Assembly (NCBI GenBank): GCA_030704615.1
Contig: CM060733.1
Coordinates: 23,188,001 to 23,252,000, forward strand
Reading direction: 5' to 3'
From: Takakia lepidozioides
Taxonomy: Eukaryota; Plantae; Bryophyta
DNA: 64,000 bases
Shown one piece after another: positions 52,960 through 64,000 of this stretch (position 1 is the first letter of the stretch; the number at the start of each line of letters is the position of its first letter). The position numbers were made by a program, and so were the translations under genes. The notes below the pieces were generated by a model. It was given only the letters and a program-made list of their open reading frames with translations, was not told the origin of the DNA and made no database searches.

Positions 52960-55900
52960 GAGGATGCTATGTGAGGGAGGGCAACTGAAAGAGGCTCTAC
53001 AGATTTTGAAGGGTTTCAGCAGATTCAGCAGATTCAGATACTTATGTCTGTCTCTTGCATAAGTGCATCAAGATGAAAGGCCTAGAAGCCGGAAAACAGG
53101 TGCATACTCACATTATCCAAAGTGGATTCAAACCCAACGTTTTTCTATGCAACACCCTTTTGTTAACATGTATGTGAAGTGTGGGAGCATTGTGGATGCA
53201 CACTGAGTGTTCAACAAAATGCCTGAACAAGGTGTGATCACGTGGAATATAATGATGGCTGAACGAGATGTGATCTCGTGGAACACAATGATCACTGGAT
53301 ATGCTCAGCGTGGGTGCGGGATGAAGGCTTTGGAGACCTATGAGCAAATGATTCAGGAAGGGTTGAACCCGACCAGGTCACATTCGTTTCATTTTCAATG
53401 TGTGTGCAAGCCTGGAAAGGGCAAAGAGGTCCATGGTGATATCGTCAAAGCTGGAATTGTACCAGATGTCATTCTAAACAATGCCCTCATTGACATGTAT
53501 GCCAAAGACGGAAGTACTGAAGATGCAAAGGGAGTGTTCGTCAGGATGGCTGAACGAAATGTGGTATCATGGAGTGCTATGATTGCAGGATACAAAATAC
53601 GTGTGGGATTGATACTGCCAATGTGACAACAAGAAAGTATCCCGAAACAGGTAACATAGACGAGGAGAAGCTGTGGAATGAATACTTTTCTGACCCCAGT
53701 CAATGGTGGGACAATCGAGGCAAGAAGATGAATGTCTGTTAGATTACACAGAGTAGCAGGCACAATTGAGCATAGGAACTATGGAATTTATAGCCTCCAT
53801 TCTTCTAAGTTTACTTTCTCTACTGTCCAAAAATCAATCAGAAGGTTCATGGATACAGCAGGCAAGGGTACCACCGACAGTTTGGAGGCTGTGATGGCTG
53901 CATATGTGTGGGGAAAAAGAAGCTCCTCCTGGAACAGGAGTGAAGGTTGACAGCATCCGCAGGCAAGTCATGCATCCTTTCATGTACCCTCCTCTTCTTC
54001 CACAGACTTTAAACCAAGGAGGCATTTCAGCAGATTCAGAAACGTATGTCAGAGCAGAAGTTGCGAGAGATCTGCTGCTGGACTTAGGGCGCAAGCAACA
54101 GGTGCTTGGCATTCAGGTGTATGCCTCTACCTCAGCCAACAGGAATGTGATACTCTTGGATTTTGGATGCTATTGCTATCAACCATCTATGCTGCAGCTG
54201 GTAATTGGGATAATACTGCAAAGGTGAGAAGAATGATGAAGGTTAGAGGAGTTAGAAAGGAGCCAGGTCGTTGTAGAAAAACAGAAAAGGAATTTTAATG
54301 TTTGCCACCACAGTGAGAAGCTGGCCATTAGTTTTGTGTCTGGAGACAAAAGTAGTGGATCTGCCAACATCCAGTCCAACAGGTGAAGTCCTGGCAGAAT
54401 GGGAAGAGGAGATTTCAAGTGCCTGAATATTAGGCAAGAGGAACTGACCCTACTAAAATGAAGTTGACTTGAAAGTTAACTTGGAAAGCTGATGTGTCCA
54501 AGGCCATGTTGAAGAATGCAGAATGTCCAAACAACAATTAGGCATAAAACCCTGAACTCATTTCCGGTTTGTAATATGGATGAGTGAAGGGCAGCCTTGA
54601 CACTACTGTAATTTTAACTCAGGGTGAGGTTCAACCTCGAAACTTTCAAAGTTAGTAAACAGAGGTACAGGCGTATGAGCAAATGATGCGTGAAGGGGTG
54701 AAGCCCAACCACATCACGGTCGGTTGCATTTGCAATGTGTATGCAAGCCTGGGAGCCCTGGAAAAGGGGAAAGAGGTCCATGATGACCTCGTCAAAGCTG
54801 GAATTGTAGCAGATGTCATTCTGAACACTGCCCTGGTGGACAATATGTATGCCAAATGTGGGTGCATTAAAGATGCAAAGGCAGTTTTCAACAATATGCA
54901 GGCTGAATGACATCTTCAGAGCTGGAATCGTACCAGATGTGATCCTGAACAATACCTTGGTGGACATGTATGCCAAATGTGGGAGCATTGAGCATGCAAA
55001 GGGGAGTGTTTGACCATATGGCTGAACAAAATGTGGTGTCATGGAACATGATGTTGCAGAATATGCACAACAAGGGCGCAGGATGGTGGCTTTGGAGACG
55101 TATGAGCAAATGATGTGCGAAGGAGTGAAGCCTAGAAAAGGGTAAAGAGGTCCATGGTTGCATCGTCAAAAGCTGGAATTGTACCAGATGTCATCTTGAA
55201 CACTGCCTGGGTGGACATGTATGCGATGTGGGTGCATCGAGGATGCAAATGGCTGAACGTGGTGTGGTGTCGTGGAGTGTGATGATTGCAGATATGCACA
55301 GCAAGGGTGCGGGATGGAGGCTTTGGAGACCTATGAGCAAATCACATTTGTTTGTGTTTGCAATGCGTGTGAAAGCCTGGGAGCTCTGGAAAAGGGGAAA
55401 GAGGTCCATGGTGACATCGTCAAAGCTTGAATTGTACCAGATGTCATCCTGAACACTGCCCTGGTGGACATGTATGCCAAATGTGGGTGCATTAAGGATG
55501 CAAATGGAGTTAATTTTAGCATTATGGCTGAACGAGATGTGGTGTCGTGGAACGCGATGCTTGCAGGGGTATGCACAGCAGGGGCGCGGGATGGAGGCTT
55601 TGGAGTTCTATTCCAGAGTTTATTGAGCCTGTCACAGGCTGTCATTGTCAGCTGCTAGCAGCAAGGCAAGGATGTATGCATGATTTGTGCAGAGGCATGG
55701 ATAGTTGAAGGAGCAGGGATAGAGTGTGGGTCTAGATTCATCCAAGGGGACCGGACTTCAAGCTCCAGATTACCTATGATTCCCTGTGGATCAATAGCTA
55801 CAAGTAACTTGCATGGGTAGATGGTCAACTAAAGGCACGTATGTTTGCATTTGCAGTGCGTGTGCTAGCTTGGCAGCCCTGGAAAAGGGGAAAGAGGCCC

Positions 55901-56204
55901 ATGGTGACATCGTCAAATCTGGAATTGTACCAGATGTCATTCTGAACACTGCCCACCGCGATGCTTGCAGGGTATGCACAGTAGAGGCACGGGATGGAGG
56001 CTTTGGAGACCTATGAGCAAATGATGTGCAAAGGGGTGAGGCCAACCACATCACATTTGTTTGTGATTCCAATGCTTGTGCAAGCCTGGCAGCCCTGGAA
56101 AAGGGCAAGAGGTGCATGGTTGTATCGCAAAAGCTGGAATTGTACCAAATGTGATTCTGTACGATATCCTCGTGGGCATGTATGCCAAATTTGGGTGCAT
56201 TGAG
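52960..56204 (+). pseudogene. PLS PPR pseudogene fragments, including an N-terminus; the only + strand PPR cluster in the window
   Basis: VRMLCEGGQLKEALQIL..DTYVCLLHKC..AGKQVHTHIIQSG, PLS motifs, HSEKLA fragment; ends GCIE at the element-2 TSD. Confidence 0.88.
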
Positions 56205-59200
56205 GAGGTTTGCTATTTCATGAGCATGAGCGGCATGAGCAGAGTAGTAACACAATCGGTTTTCATGAGCAGAAGTACAAATTTCGAAAATAAAAAACAA
56301 TAAAAACAATAATTTAATGCAATGTGTCAGGAAAAAAAATATATTATTCGGCCCCTTGAAGGGAAATTGCACTTTTGACAGTTGTGCTCATGATATTTCG
56401 TCTTCCGCTCATGGCAATTCCCAGCGACATGTGCAAATATGGCGCCGAATTTCGCGGTAATAGGGTCCGTAACTTGAAAAAACGGCGACGTATTTCGCGG
56501 CAATAGGTCTGTCTGGCGAAAAATGGTGCCGAATTCCGCGGCTATAGGTCCCCTCCTGACAGGTAATTCGGCGCCATTTTTCCAGTGCATGTTCGGACTT
56601 GGCCAGTTTTCGGCCAAAAAAGAGAAATTCGGCGCCATTTTTCCAGACACGGTACCAGTGCATGTTGGGACTTAGCCAGTTTTCGCCCCAAAAAAGAGAA
56701 TTCGGCGCCATTTTCCCAAACACAGGTACCAGTGCATGTTGGGACTTAGCTAGTTTTCGGCCCCAAAAAGAGAAATTCGGCGCCATTTTTCCAGAAATGG
56801 CCACAACTGCTTCTTGTTGGATCTCAGTTTTCGGCCCCAAAAAGAGAAATTGCCTCATTCCAGGAGTTTGGGGTTGCATTTCATTTACACTGAAAAAAAA
56901 AAGTCTGATACAGCAAAAAATGCAGTTTTCAAAATATCCATATGGAGGATCCGTTTGCCCCATCAATGATTTCTGGAATCCCTAAGGAGGAGTTTGTGCA
57001 GCTCATTCACGCTCAACGCCGGTGCATGAATAAAGTCATCAATAGTCACGTTCATCCTCAACCTCTTCAGTAAATGTAATACAGATGCTTGCACGGATAA
57101 TACTTCGAACCCTTCTTTGCTTCCATCAACGAGAAGTCCGTACAGTTGCAAGTCGGCTCCACTCCAATCGTAATTGTGTATACATCGTCGCGTACAGCCG
57201 AGCCGGCCGTTGCCATCCGATAACACGCCCAAGGCCGGGTGGGGGTACGTCCACGGAGCTCTGAATAGTGCAAGCCATCCAAGAGCATTGGCAATCCGAG
57301 TCTCATTCAACTTGTTGGGAGGGTGTCGTCTGTTCACTCTTCCGAATCGCATTGTGGGATGTGCAGAATTGTCAATCCGTCTCTACTGGAGACGAGCAGT
57401 CTGCAATGGCTGGGTTTGAGGAACCGGAAATGCGTGGGCCGGGATGTCTGTGCGTTGCACCATTCGAAATCCTGCTGCAGATAGAGCATCCGCCTCATTC
57501 GAGAGAGGCTGCAACCCGCGTGCAACAGGCCAGACGCCCGGAGGCTCCGGCATTCCCTGAATCCCGTACTTGGGCTTGCCAAATACACAGGTCATTATGT
57601 CGTGCCTACAGAACCAAAATGTCTACGTTGTGGCGTGAGCAAATGTGGGAGTCAAAAATCTGCCGTTGAAACAAGGTGCAGGTACAGCACCGTGTGGGTC
57701 CTCCGAATCATCTCACCACAGCGTGCTCTCGTATCACACCCGGATGGCGCAACACTTCCCTCGAAATGCCGGCAATGTCCTCGCAATTCTCCACTGTGAC
57801 TCCGACACTCTTGTCTCCACAATGGGAATGTTGTATTGCTTTACTACAGATGGCTCGTTATGTTGCCGGGGCACGCGCCCTGTGCTCAAAGGAGATGGCG
57901 ATCTTGAACGTGCAGGACTTTCGGTGCTCGACGAGACCTCCTCGGACAACATCACCGGACCACGAGGGAGCGTGCGAATATTCTTGTCAGCTCGCCATGA
58001 ATCCTCTTCTCCGCCAGGTGCCTCGTCAAGTCTTCGTCTCACGGGACGGGTATGAACATCTCCTTCCAAATGTTGGCCTCTTCGCAGCAATGGCGTGTCC
58101 CGAAGGCCCTCTCGCAAGGCCGCCGCCCACTTCCGAGGATTCTTCGATCTGGAGGCAGTCCGCATCAGCATTTCCTGCCTGTCCGGCCCCAAGCCCCACT
58201 GTTTCCCTTTCAAGAACTCGTTGTACCTGCATTGTTGCATAATTGACCTCACAATGTCCTCCGTTGTGGCAGTGAGGATGTCCACCAGATGCGCCGCAGA
58301 GGAGGCACGCCAGGAAGAGTGCACTGATTCGGCCATGTTTGTCGTGGGCATGTCGGTGTCGGAGTCGAGACACATTTCCTGCACAAGCACATGTTCAGGT
58401 TACAAGCAAGTTACGAATATGGCCAAGAATAATATCCAACGGGACGCGAATTCGTGCAACTCACCTCCCGCATATAGTCGCCGAACTGGAGGAAACGATA
58501 ATGCCACCATGCTAGCCAACTGACCATTGCTCCTTCGTCTGATTTCCTTACAGCACCTGACGATGTCCACCAAGCCCGTATGCATGCAAACTGTGTCTCT
58601 GCATCATCCAAGGTGGGAGCGCGCTTCCACGCAAGGCACATGGAACGGTGCTCCTCTCTGAAATCTGGCGCCACGAGCCTGGTTGTGTACTGCGAAAGGC
58701 TCTGCAGAAAATGGAACCCACAAGATCTCTCCTTGCCTTCCATGGGAACATTGGGGTCTTGCCCGTACACCCTTCGGATGGCAGCCCAATTTGCTTGTGC
58801 GTTGTCCGCCATGAAACCACGGAAATTGGGAAGGGGCAATCCCGCCTTGGCCATCTGTTCGTTTATTCCCTGCCAAAGAAGCATCTCCGATTGTGTGTCC
58901 TCTCCTTTCATCTCACAAATAGCAATTGTCATTAGCATCCTGCAGTGGGTGTCGTAGACATGTGCACCCATTGTCACCCACTGGTGATTTGTAATTCGCT
59001 TGATATGGTCGAACATGACCCAACTGTTGACAAGTTCCCACTCGTCATCCTGTCGACCAGTTCGACGCCACTGCCAGGTCCACACGTGGACATTTTGAAT
59101 ACGAAACAACGATCTGCCTCAGTCCCTTGTCCTGGAAACCTACTTCCATGAATGTAGTCATATCCACATCGTCGCTTCACCTCCAGAATGGAGTGCATAT

Positions 59201-59435
59201 CCGAGCCACGCCCAATTTTCTGTTTGCATGAGACAATGTGGTTTCGGACATTCGGTGAACATACGTGGGACACCGACTCTAGCAATGCCTCCATTTCCTT
59301 CTCGTCGAGAGGAACTCTATCGGAGCCGTCTTCCGACATAATTCTGGCCAATGCCATCTTATGGGCGGCTTGGAGCTGTATCTGTTTGGGTTTGGCACCC
59401 GGTCTCAACTTAACCTCCTCCTGAACGAGCTGCTC
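56205..59435. mobile_element. MULE element 2, transposase-side part (inverted relative to 42214-52145)
   Basis: Terminus GAGGTTTGCTATTTCATGAGC at 56205; subterminal AAATTCGGCGCCATTTT repeats at ~56560-56795. Confidence 0.88.
56963..59433 (-). pseudogene. 3' half of element-2 MULE transposase (DDE core and SWIM), frameshifted
   Basis: FPGQG..FVFKMS, MFDHIKR, FMADNAQANW, RSCGFHF, TNMAESVH, CNCTDF..CKHLYY; intron ~58381-58461. Confidence 0.88.
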
Positions 59436-62400
59436 TGCTTCGTGGGTAGACCCTTGAGGTCATCCAAGATGTCCTCCCCCATGTCACAGACTAGAAACAA
59501 GTTCAGGGAAGTTTTCTGCCTAACTTCATTTTCATCAGACAATCTCATGGCAACAGACATGGCTGAGGACACTATAGCCTCTAAGTCAGATTTATCTAGC
59601 AGGGTCAAGACTTGCGGATCCAGGTCCAGGTCCTTGAGGATCTCTTCTACTCTCTTCTACCAGGACTTAGCCTGTTTGACAGGGCGGTCCTGTTTCCAAG
59701 ATATAGAGTCGATTAACTTAGGATATCTGGTGTTGGGCATATGTTGCAGCTGACCCCACCATCTGACCTTGAATTCATCTCGTCGGGAGCTTAAGGACGG
59801 AATGCCAAACTCACCCCGAACAGCCACATTGGCTGTTTTGGAGCATGCTGACATACACTCCTTAAGCACCCCCACTTGAATGGATTCTAGAGACTTAGCC
59901 TGGTTGGAGTTATCAACCCATATAGCAGATCCGTACTCCAAGGCAGGTCTAATAACGCGACAAAGCATGGTTTTCTTAACCTCAGAGTTGACCCCTCTGC
60001 AGTGGAAAAATTTAGTGAGCCCCAGAGCTTTGCCCTTGCCAGTTTGAACAACTTTCCGGATATGTGCATCCCAATTACAATTGGAGGAGAACTCAACGCC
60101 CAGGTAAGTGTAGGAAGGGAGGACCGGGATCTCTTGGCTACCCCACTGCCACTTAAGATCACTTCCTCCCTCTCCTCTGTCGTTGAATGCTACCACTGCA
60201 CATTTGCTGGCATTAGCCTCTAGCCCCCAAAGATCAAAGTATCTCTTCGCGCAATCAATCAACTCCTGGAGATTGGTTGGAGTCTCCCCTATGCCTGCGA
60301 AGTCATCCGCAAACATAAGGGCTGGTATGGTGGTATCACCCACCCTTAACCCAAATCCCTCACTTTCCACATCCTCGAGGAGTTGATTGATGAAAACATT
60401 GAAGAGCAGAGGGGAGAGAGTACATCCTTGAGCTACACCTTGGTCTATGTCAAAGAAGTTGGACTTCTGTCCGTTAACAGTGACACAGCTTTTGGTGTGA
60501 GCATACAAGTTGTGGACAACTCTCCACATCTTTCCCTTGATCCCACAAGACCAGAGGCGGAACCATAGGCCATCTCTCCACACTGTGTCATAAGCCTTTT
60601 TGACATCCAGGAAAAAAACATAAGTGGGTTTCCCTTCTTTTTTCCTTCCCTGGATAATCTGGCTTAGAGTGAAGATATGATCCACACAGCCCCTGTTTCG
60701 CCGAAAGCCAGCTTGGCCTTCGTGGAAACAACCTCTAGACTCCAGATCAACCTCGAGACGAGTACTTATAACTCTGCAAAATGTCTTGCCAACAGCATTG
60801 AGGAGCGTGATGCCACGGTAGTTCCCCGGTTCTTCTCTGTCACCCTTCTTGTTTAGATTGACAATGACCCCCTGTCGCCAGCGAAAGGGGATCATTTCAG
60901 TCTTCCAGATAAGGTTTTAAGAGGAGAACTAGGGCCTCTATCATGGGATCGCCACCGTGCTTGATAAGCTCGTTGACAATACCATCAGGTCCACCAGCTT
61001 TATATCCATTTAAATGTTCAATTGCTTCCACAATCTCAGAAGAACTAATGGGAGCATTATAAGCCATTGAAATATACTCCAGTTCATCAGGGCTGTTTTG
61101 AATCATAGGAATAGTTTTTCCAACTGTGTCCCTCCATTCAGCAGAAGACCCCTCACTGTTAGACCTAGAAGTTCTGCCAAGGATACTGTAGTGAGTTTCA
61201 AAGGTTTTGACAATGTCAACCGATGAAGTCACCACTGCACCTTTAGTAGTCTTCAGCGCTTGTACTTGCTGATCGTTTTTCGGCTTGTACAAACGTTGAA
61301 GGGCCAACCAGAATTTCTTGTCATTACCACCATGGTGGTTTGAGTTTATTTCACTGTATAACTTGTCCCAGTATAATTTCTTCTGAGACCTAACAAGCTG
61401 ATTGATATCTTTACGGAGCTGGTAGTACCTCGCCCACAATTCTCTGTTGGTTTCCAAATTGCAGCACTCTTTATAGAGGGCTCATCTCTCAGCTATCTTG
61501 AGTTTAATCTCATTGGTCCACCAATTAACTGCTCTACCGCAAACAATTAGTTTCCTCCCAATGATCTTGTCAGCCACGGAGGAAACGAAACTCTCCAAGA
61601 GTCCACTGCTCTTTCGACTTCATTTCTTGCGTTAACAGAGCGTGACTGAAGTTCTTGGAGCGATTGGACAAAATGAGGGAGAGCCTCTTGCAAGGCCTGG
61701 ACGTACTCAGCCTTGACCTCCTCATTGTGGAATTCTTCTATGCGCCACTTCCGAATCGAACGTTTCACAGATCTCTTGGTGGTGGGAAAACACCTTTTGA
61801 TCTCAGTCCAAACCAGGAAGTGGTCAGAGGTACCAATATCAGTTCTGTCGATCAACACATTGGCACACTGGGGGAACAAAATTTTGTCCATTATGATATA
61901 GTCCACAATGGAACGTTCCCCAGTTTGGGATTTCTCACGAGTCCACTGCACTTGGTCACCACTTGTCCTGTTATTCAAGGTCAAAAGCTGAAGCTCTTCT
62001 AGACAGTTAATTAACCGTCTGCCATTAGAATTCAGCTCGTCCTCACCAAAAGGTCCAATGATATCGTCCTGATGGATCCCTTTGCCCACCCGGGCATTGA
62101 AGTCCCCCAATAGTACCACCTGACCTTTGGCAAGGAACGAAGCACAGTCCAGCTTTACATCTTCGAAGGCCTTGTCTGCGTCAGCACTAAGGGTCCCCTC
62201 TGTCCCCTCTGTGGGCATGTAAACACAACCAACAAAGAGGTCCTTTGTACTCATGCCGCCCTTCAAATTCAGTTTTAGCCAGATACTATGCTCGTACCTC
62301 AAACCCTTGATGATAATTTCACAATTGTCAAACAAGAAATCACGGACAAAGAATCCGACCCCTTTTTGACCGCGTTTGGCAGAGGCTGCCTTGAGAGTAC

Positions 62401-63420
62401 ACATCTTACCTGCCTATTTATAACCAATGACTCCAACCAGTTTATCCGACGTTTCCCATGTTTCTTGCCCAGCACAGATATGAATATCATTAGTCCGAAG
62501 AACTTGTCCCACTTCAAGTTGTTTCCTTTGGTTGGTCAACCCTGAGAAGTTGAAAGTGGCGAGCCGCAAGCCAGCCCTTTGCGTGTGAATTGTTTGTCGT
62601 CTAGGTAGCTTGTGATTGCTCTTGGACGGCCAACCGTTCTGCAAAGTGGGGACAGTTACCCCATGTGTAGATTTTGCTTGTCTTGTGTAAACTTTGAGAA
62701 TTGGTAAACCATTCAGGGTACCAAATCTTTCAGTTACACGACGCACAAGCTCCGCACACATAGGGGCAGATTGTCCGTCAGACTGCTTGGGGACAATTAC
62801 CCCGTGTATAGATTTTGCTCGTCTTGTGTAGACTTTGAGGATTGGTAAACCATTTAGAGTACCAAATCCTTCAGTTACACGACGTTCAGGCTCTGCACAC
62901 TTAGGGACAGACTGTCCATCTGACGGCTTGGGGACAATTACCCCGTGTATAGAATTTGTTCGTCTTGTGTAAACCTTGAGGATTGGTAAGCCATTTAGAG
63001 TACCAAATCCTTCAGATTCAGGACGTTCAGGTTCCGTACACTTAGGGGCATCTTGTCTTTCTGGCTGTTTGGATTCAACCTCATCCAGAGCATCAAACCG
63101 ATTAGAAACTCTCAAGTTGAAGTTGTTGCCCTTGGTTGTCTTCCTAGAGCGCCCGTTTGAATCACCAATGTCTAAGACCGCTCTCCAGCCAGTCAAGGGA
63201 CGAACTTCTTTGAGATTGAATTGATGCGGGACTCTATTAGAAGCACTTTTGGTTATTGCAACCTTCAACGTACCCCTGTTATCCAGTCTCGAGATGGTAC
63301 CATTAGCCATGAAATCCAAGCCTAAGCTAGAGCATGTAGTTTTAAAGGACACATCGTCCATCCTGGGATTCACCCCAAAAACTACACATGAAGCCCTAGA
63401 TCATAAGTAACCAATTCCCA
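59436..63420 (-). mobile_element. Non-LTR retrotransposon (LINE; APE endonuclease + reverse transcriptase), frameshifted
   Basis: LATFNFSG..AGQETW, LLGDFNARVG, IVDYII, SDHFLVW; KAGGPDG, NYRGITLL, FLDVKKAYD, QGCTLSPLLF, LMFADD, YTYLG. Confidence 0.93.
62640..63050 (-). repeat. 3 x 120-bp coding tandem repeat upstream of the LINE endonuclease
   Basis: FGTLNGLPILKVYTR occurs three times with 40-aa spacing. Confidence 0.85.
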
Positions 63421-63424
63421 GGGA

Positions 63425-64000
63425 TCACCCTGAGGCATACATGTCCAGGAGGGTATTGTTCAGAATGACATCTGGTACAATCCTAGCTTTGATGATGTCA
63501 CCATGGACCTTCCTACCCTTTTCCAGGGCTGCCAGGCCCGCACACGCATTGCAAACACAAACAAATGTGACCCGGTTGGGCTTCACACCTTCCTGCATCA
63601 TTTGCTCATAAGTCTCCAAAACCTCCATCCCACACCCATGCTGCACATATCCTGCAATCATCGAACTCCAGGACACTACATCTCGTTCAGCCATATTGTC
63701 AAACTCTCCCTTTGCACCTCTGATGTTGCTGCATTTGGCATACATGTCCAGGAGGGTATTGTTCAGAATCAGATCTGGTACGATTCCAGCTTTGATGATG
63801 TCTTCATGGACCTCTTTGCCTTTTTCCAGGGCTGACAGGCTCGCGCATGCATTGCAAATGCAAGTGAATGTGACCCGGTTGGGCTTCACCCCTTCCTGCA
63901 TCATTTGCTCATAGGTCTCCAAAGCCTCCAGCTCATATCCATGCTGGGCATATCCTGCAATCATTATATTCCAGGACACTACATCCCGTTCAGCCATATT
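63425..64000 (-). pseudogene. PLS PPR array truncated at the LINE junction; continues beyond the window
   Basis: Open 190-aa PLS repeats ending LLDMYA at the LINE junction. Confidence 0.85.

Overview
Repeat-rich eukaryotic DNA, most likely from a non-seed land plant (inferred from moss-like PLS/DYW PPR proteins and spliceosomal introns). The background is a cluster of broken PPR-DYW RNA-editing-factor pseudogenes invaded by nested transposons. The main observation is two diverged 11-13 kb Mutator-like (MULE) elements with 9-bp target-site duplications (TSDs). Each has a WRKY/GCM-finger + DDE + SWIM transposase and a divergently transcribed, intron-containing gene that joins a ParB/Srx-like domain to a beta-class N6A/N4C DNA-methyltransferase-like fold. 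Each element also carries arrays of its own ~20-22 bp palindrome. Element 1 (1915-13325) has both ends in place. Element 2 (42214-~52145 plus ~59435-56205) is split by a ~7.3 kb inversion that also appears to split a LINE. Other content: a 5.8 kb non-autonomous CACTA carrying PPR-DYW fragments, inserted in another transposase-like gene; a small Cys-rich secreted protein resembling fungal Ecp2/Hce2 effectors; an FCP1-like phosphatase relic; an orphan subtilisin exon; a SINE; nested MITEs; and a satellite rich in telomere-like motifs. All domain calls come from motif recognition by eye; no database search was run.
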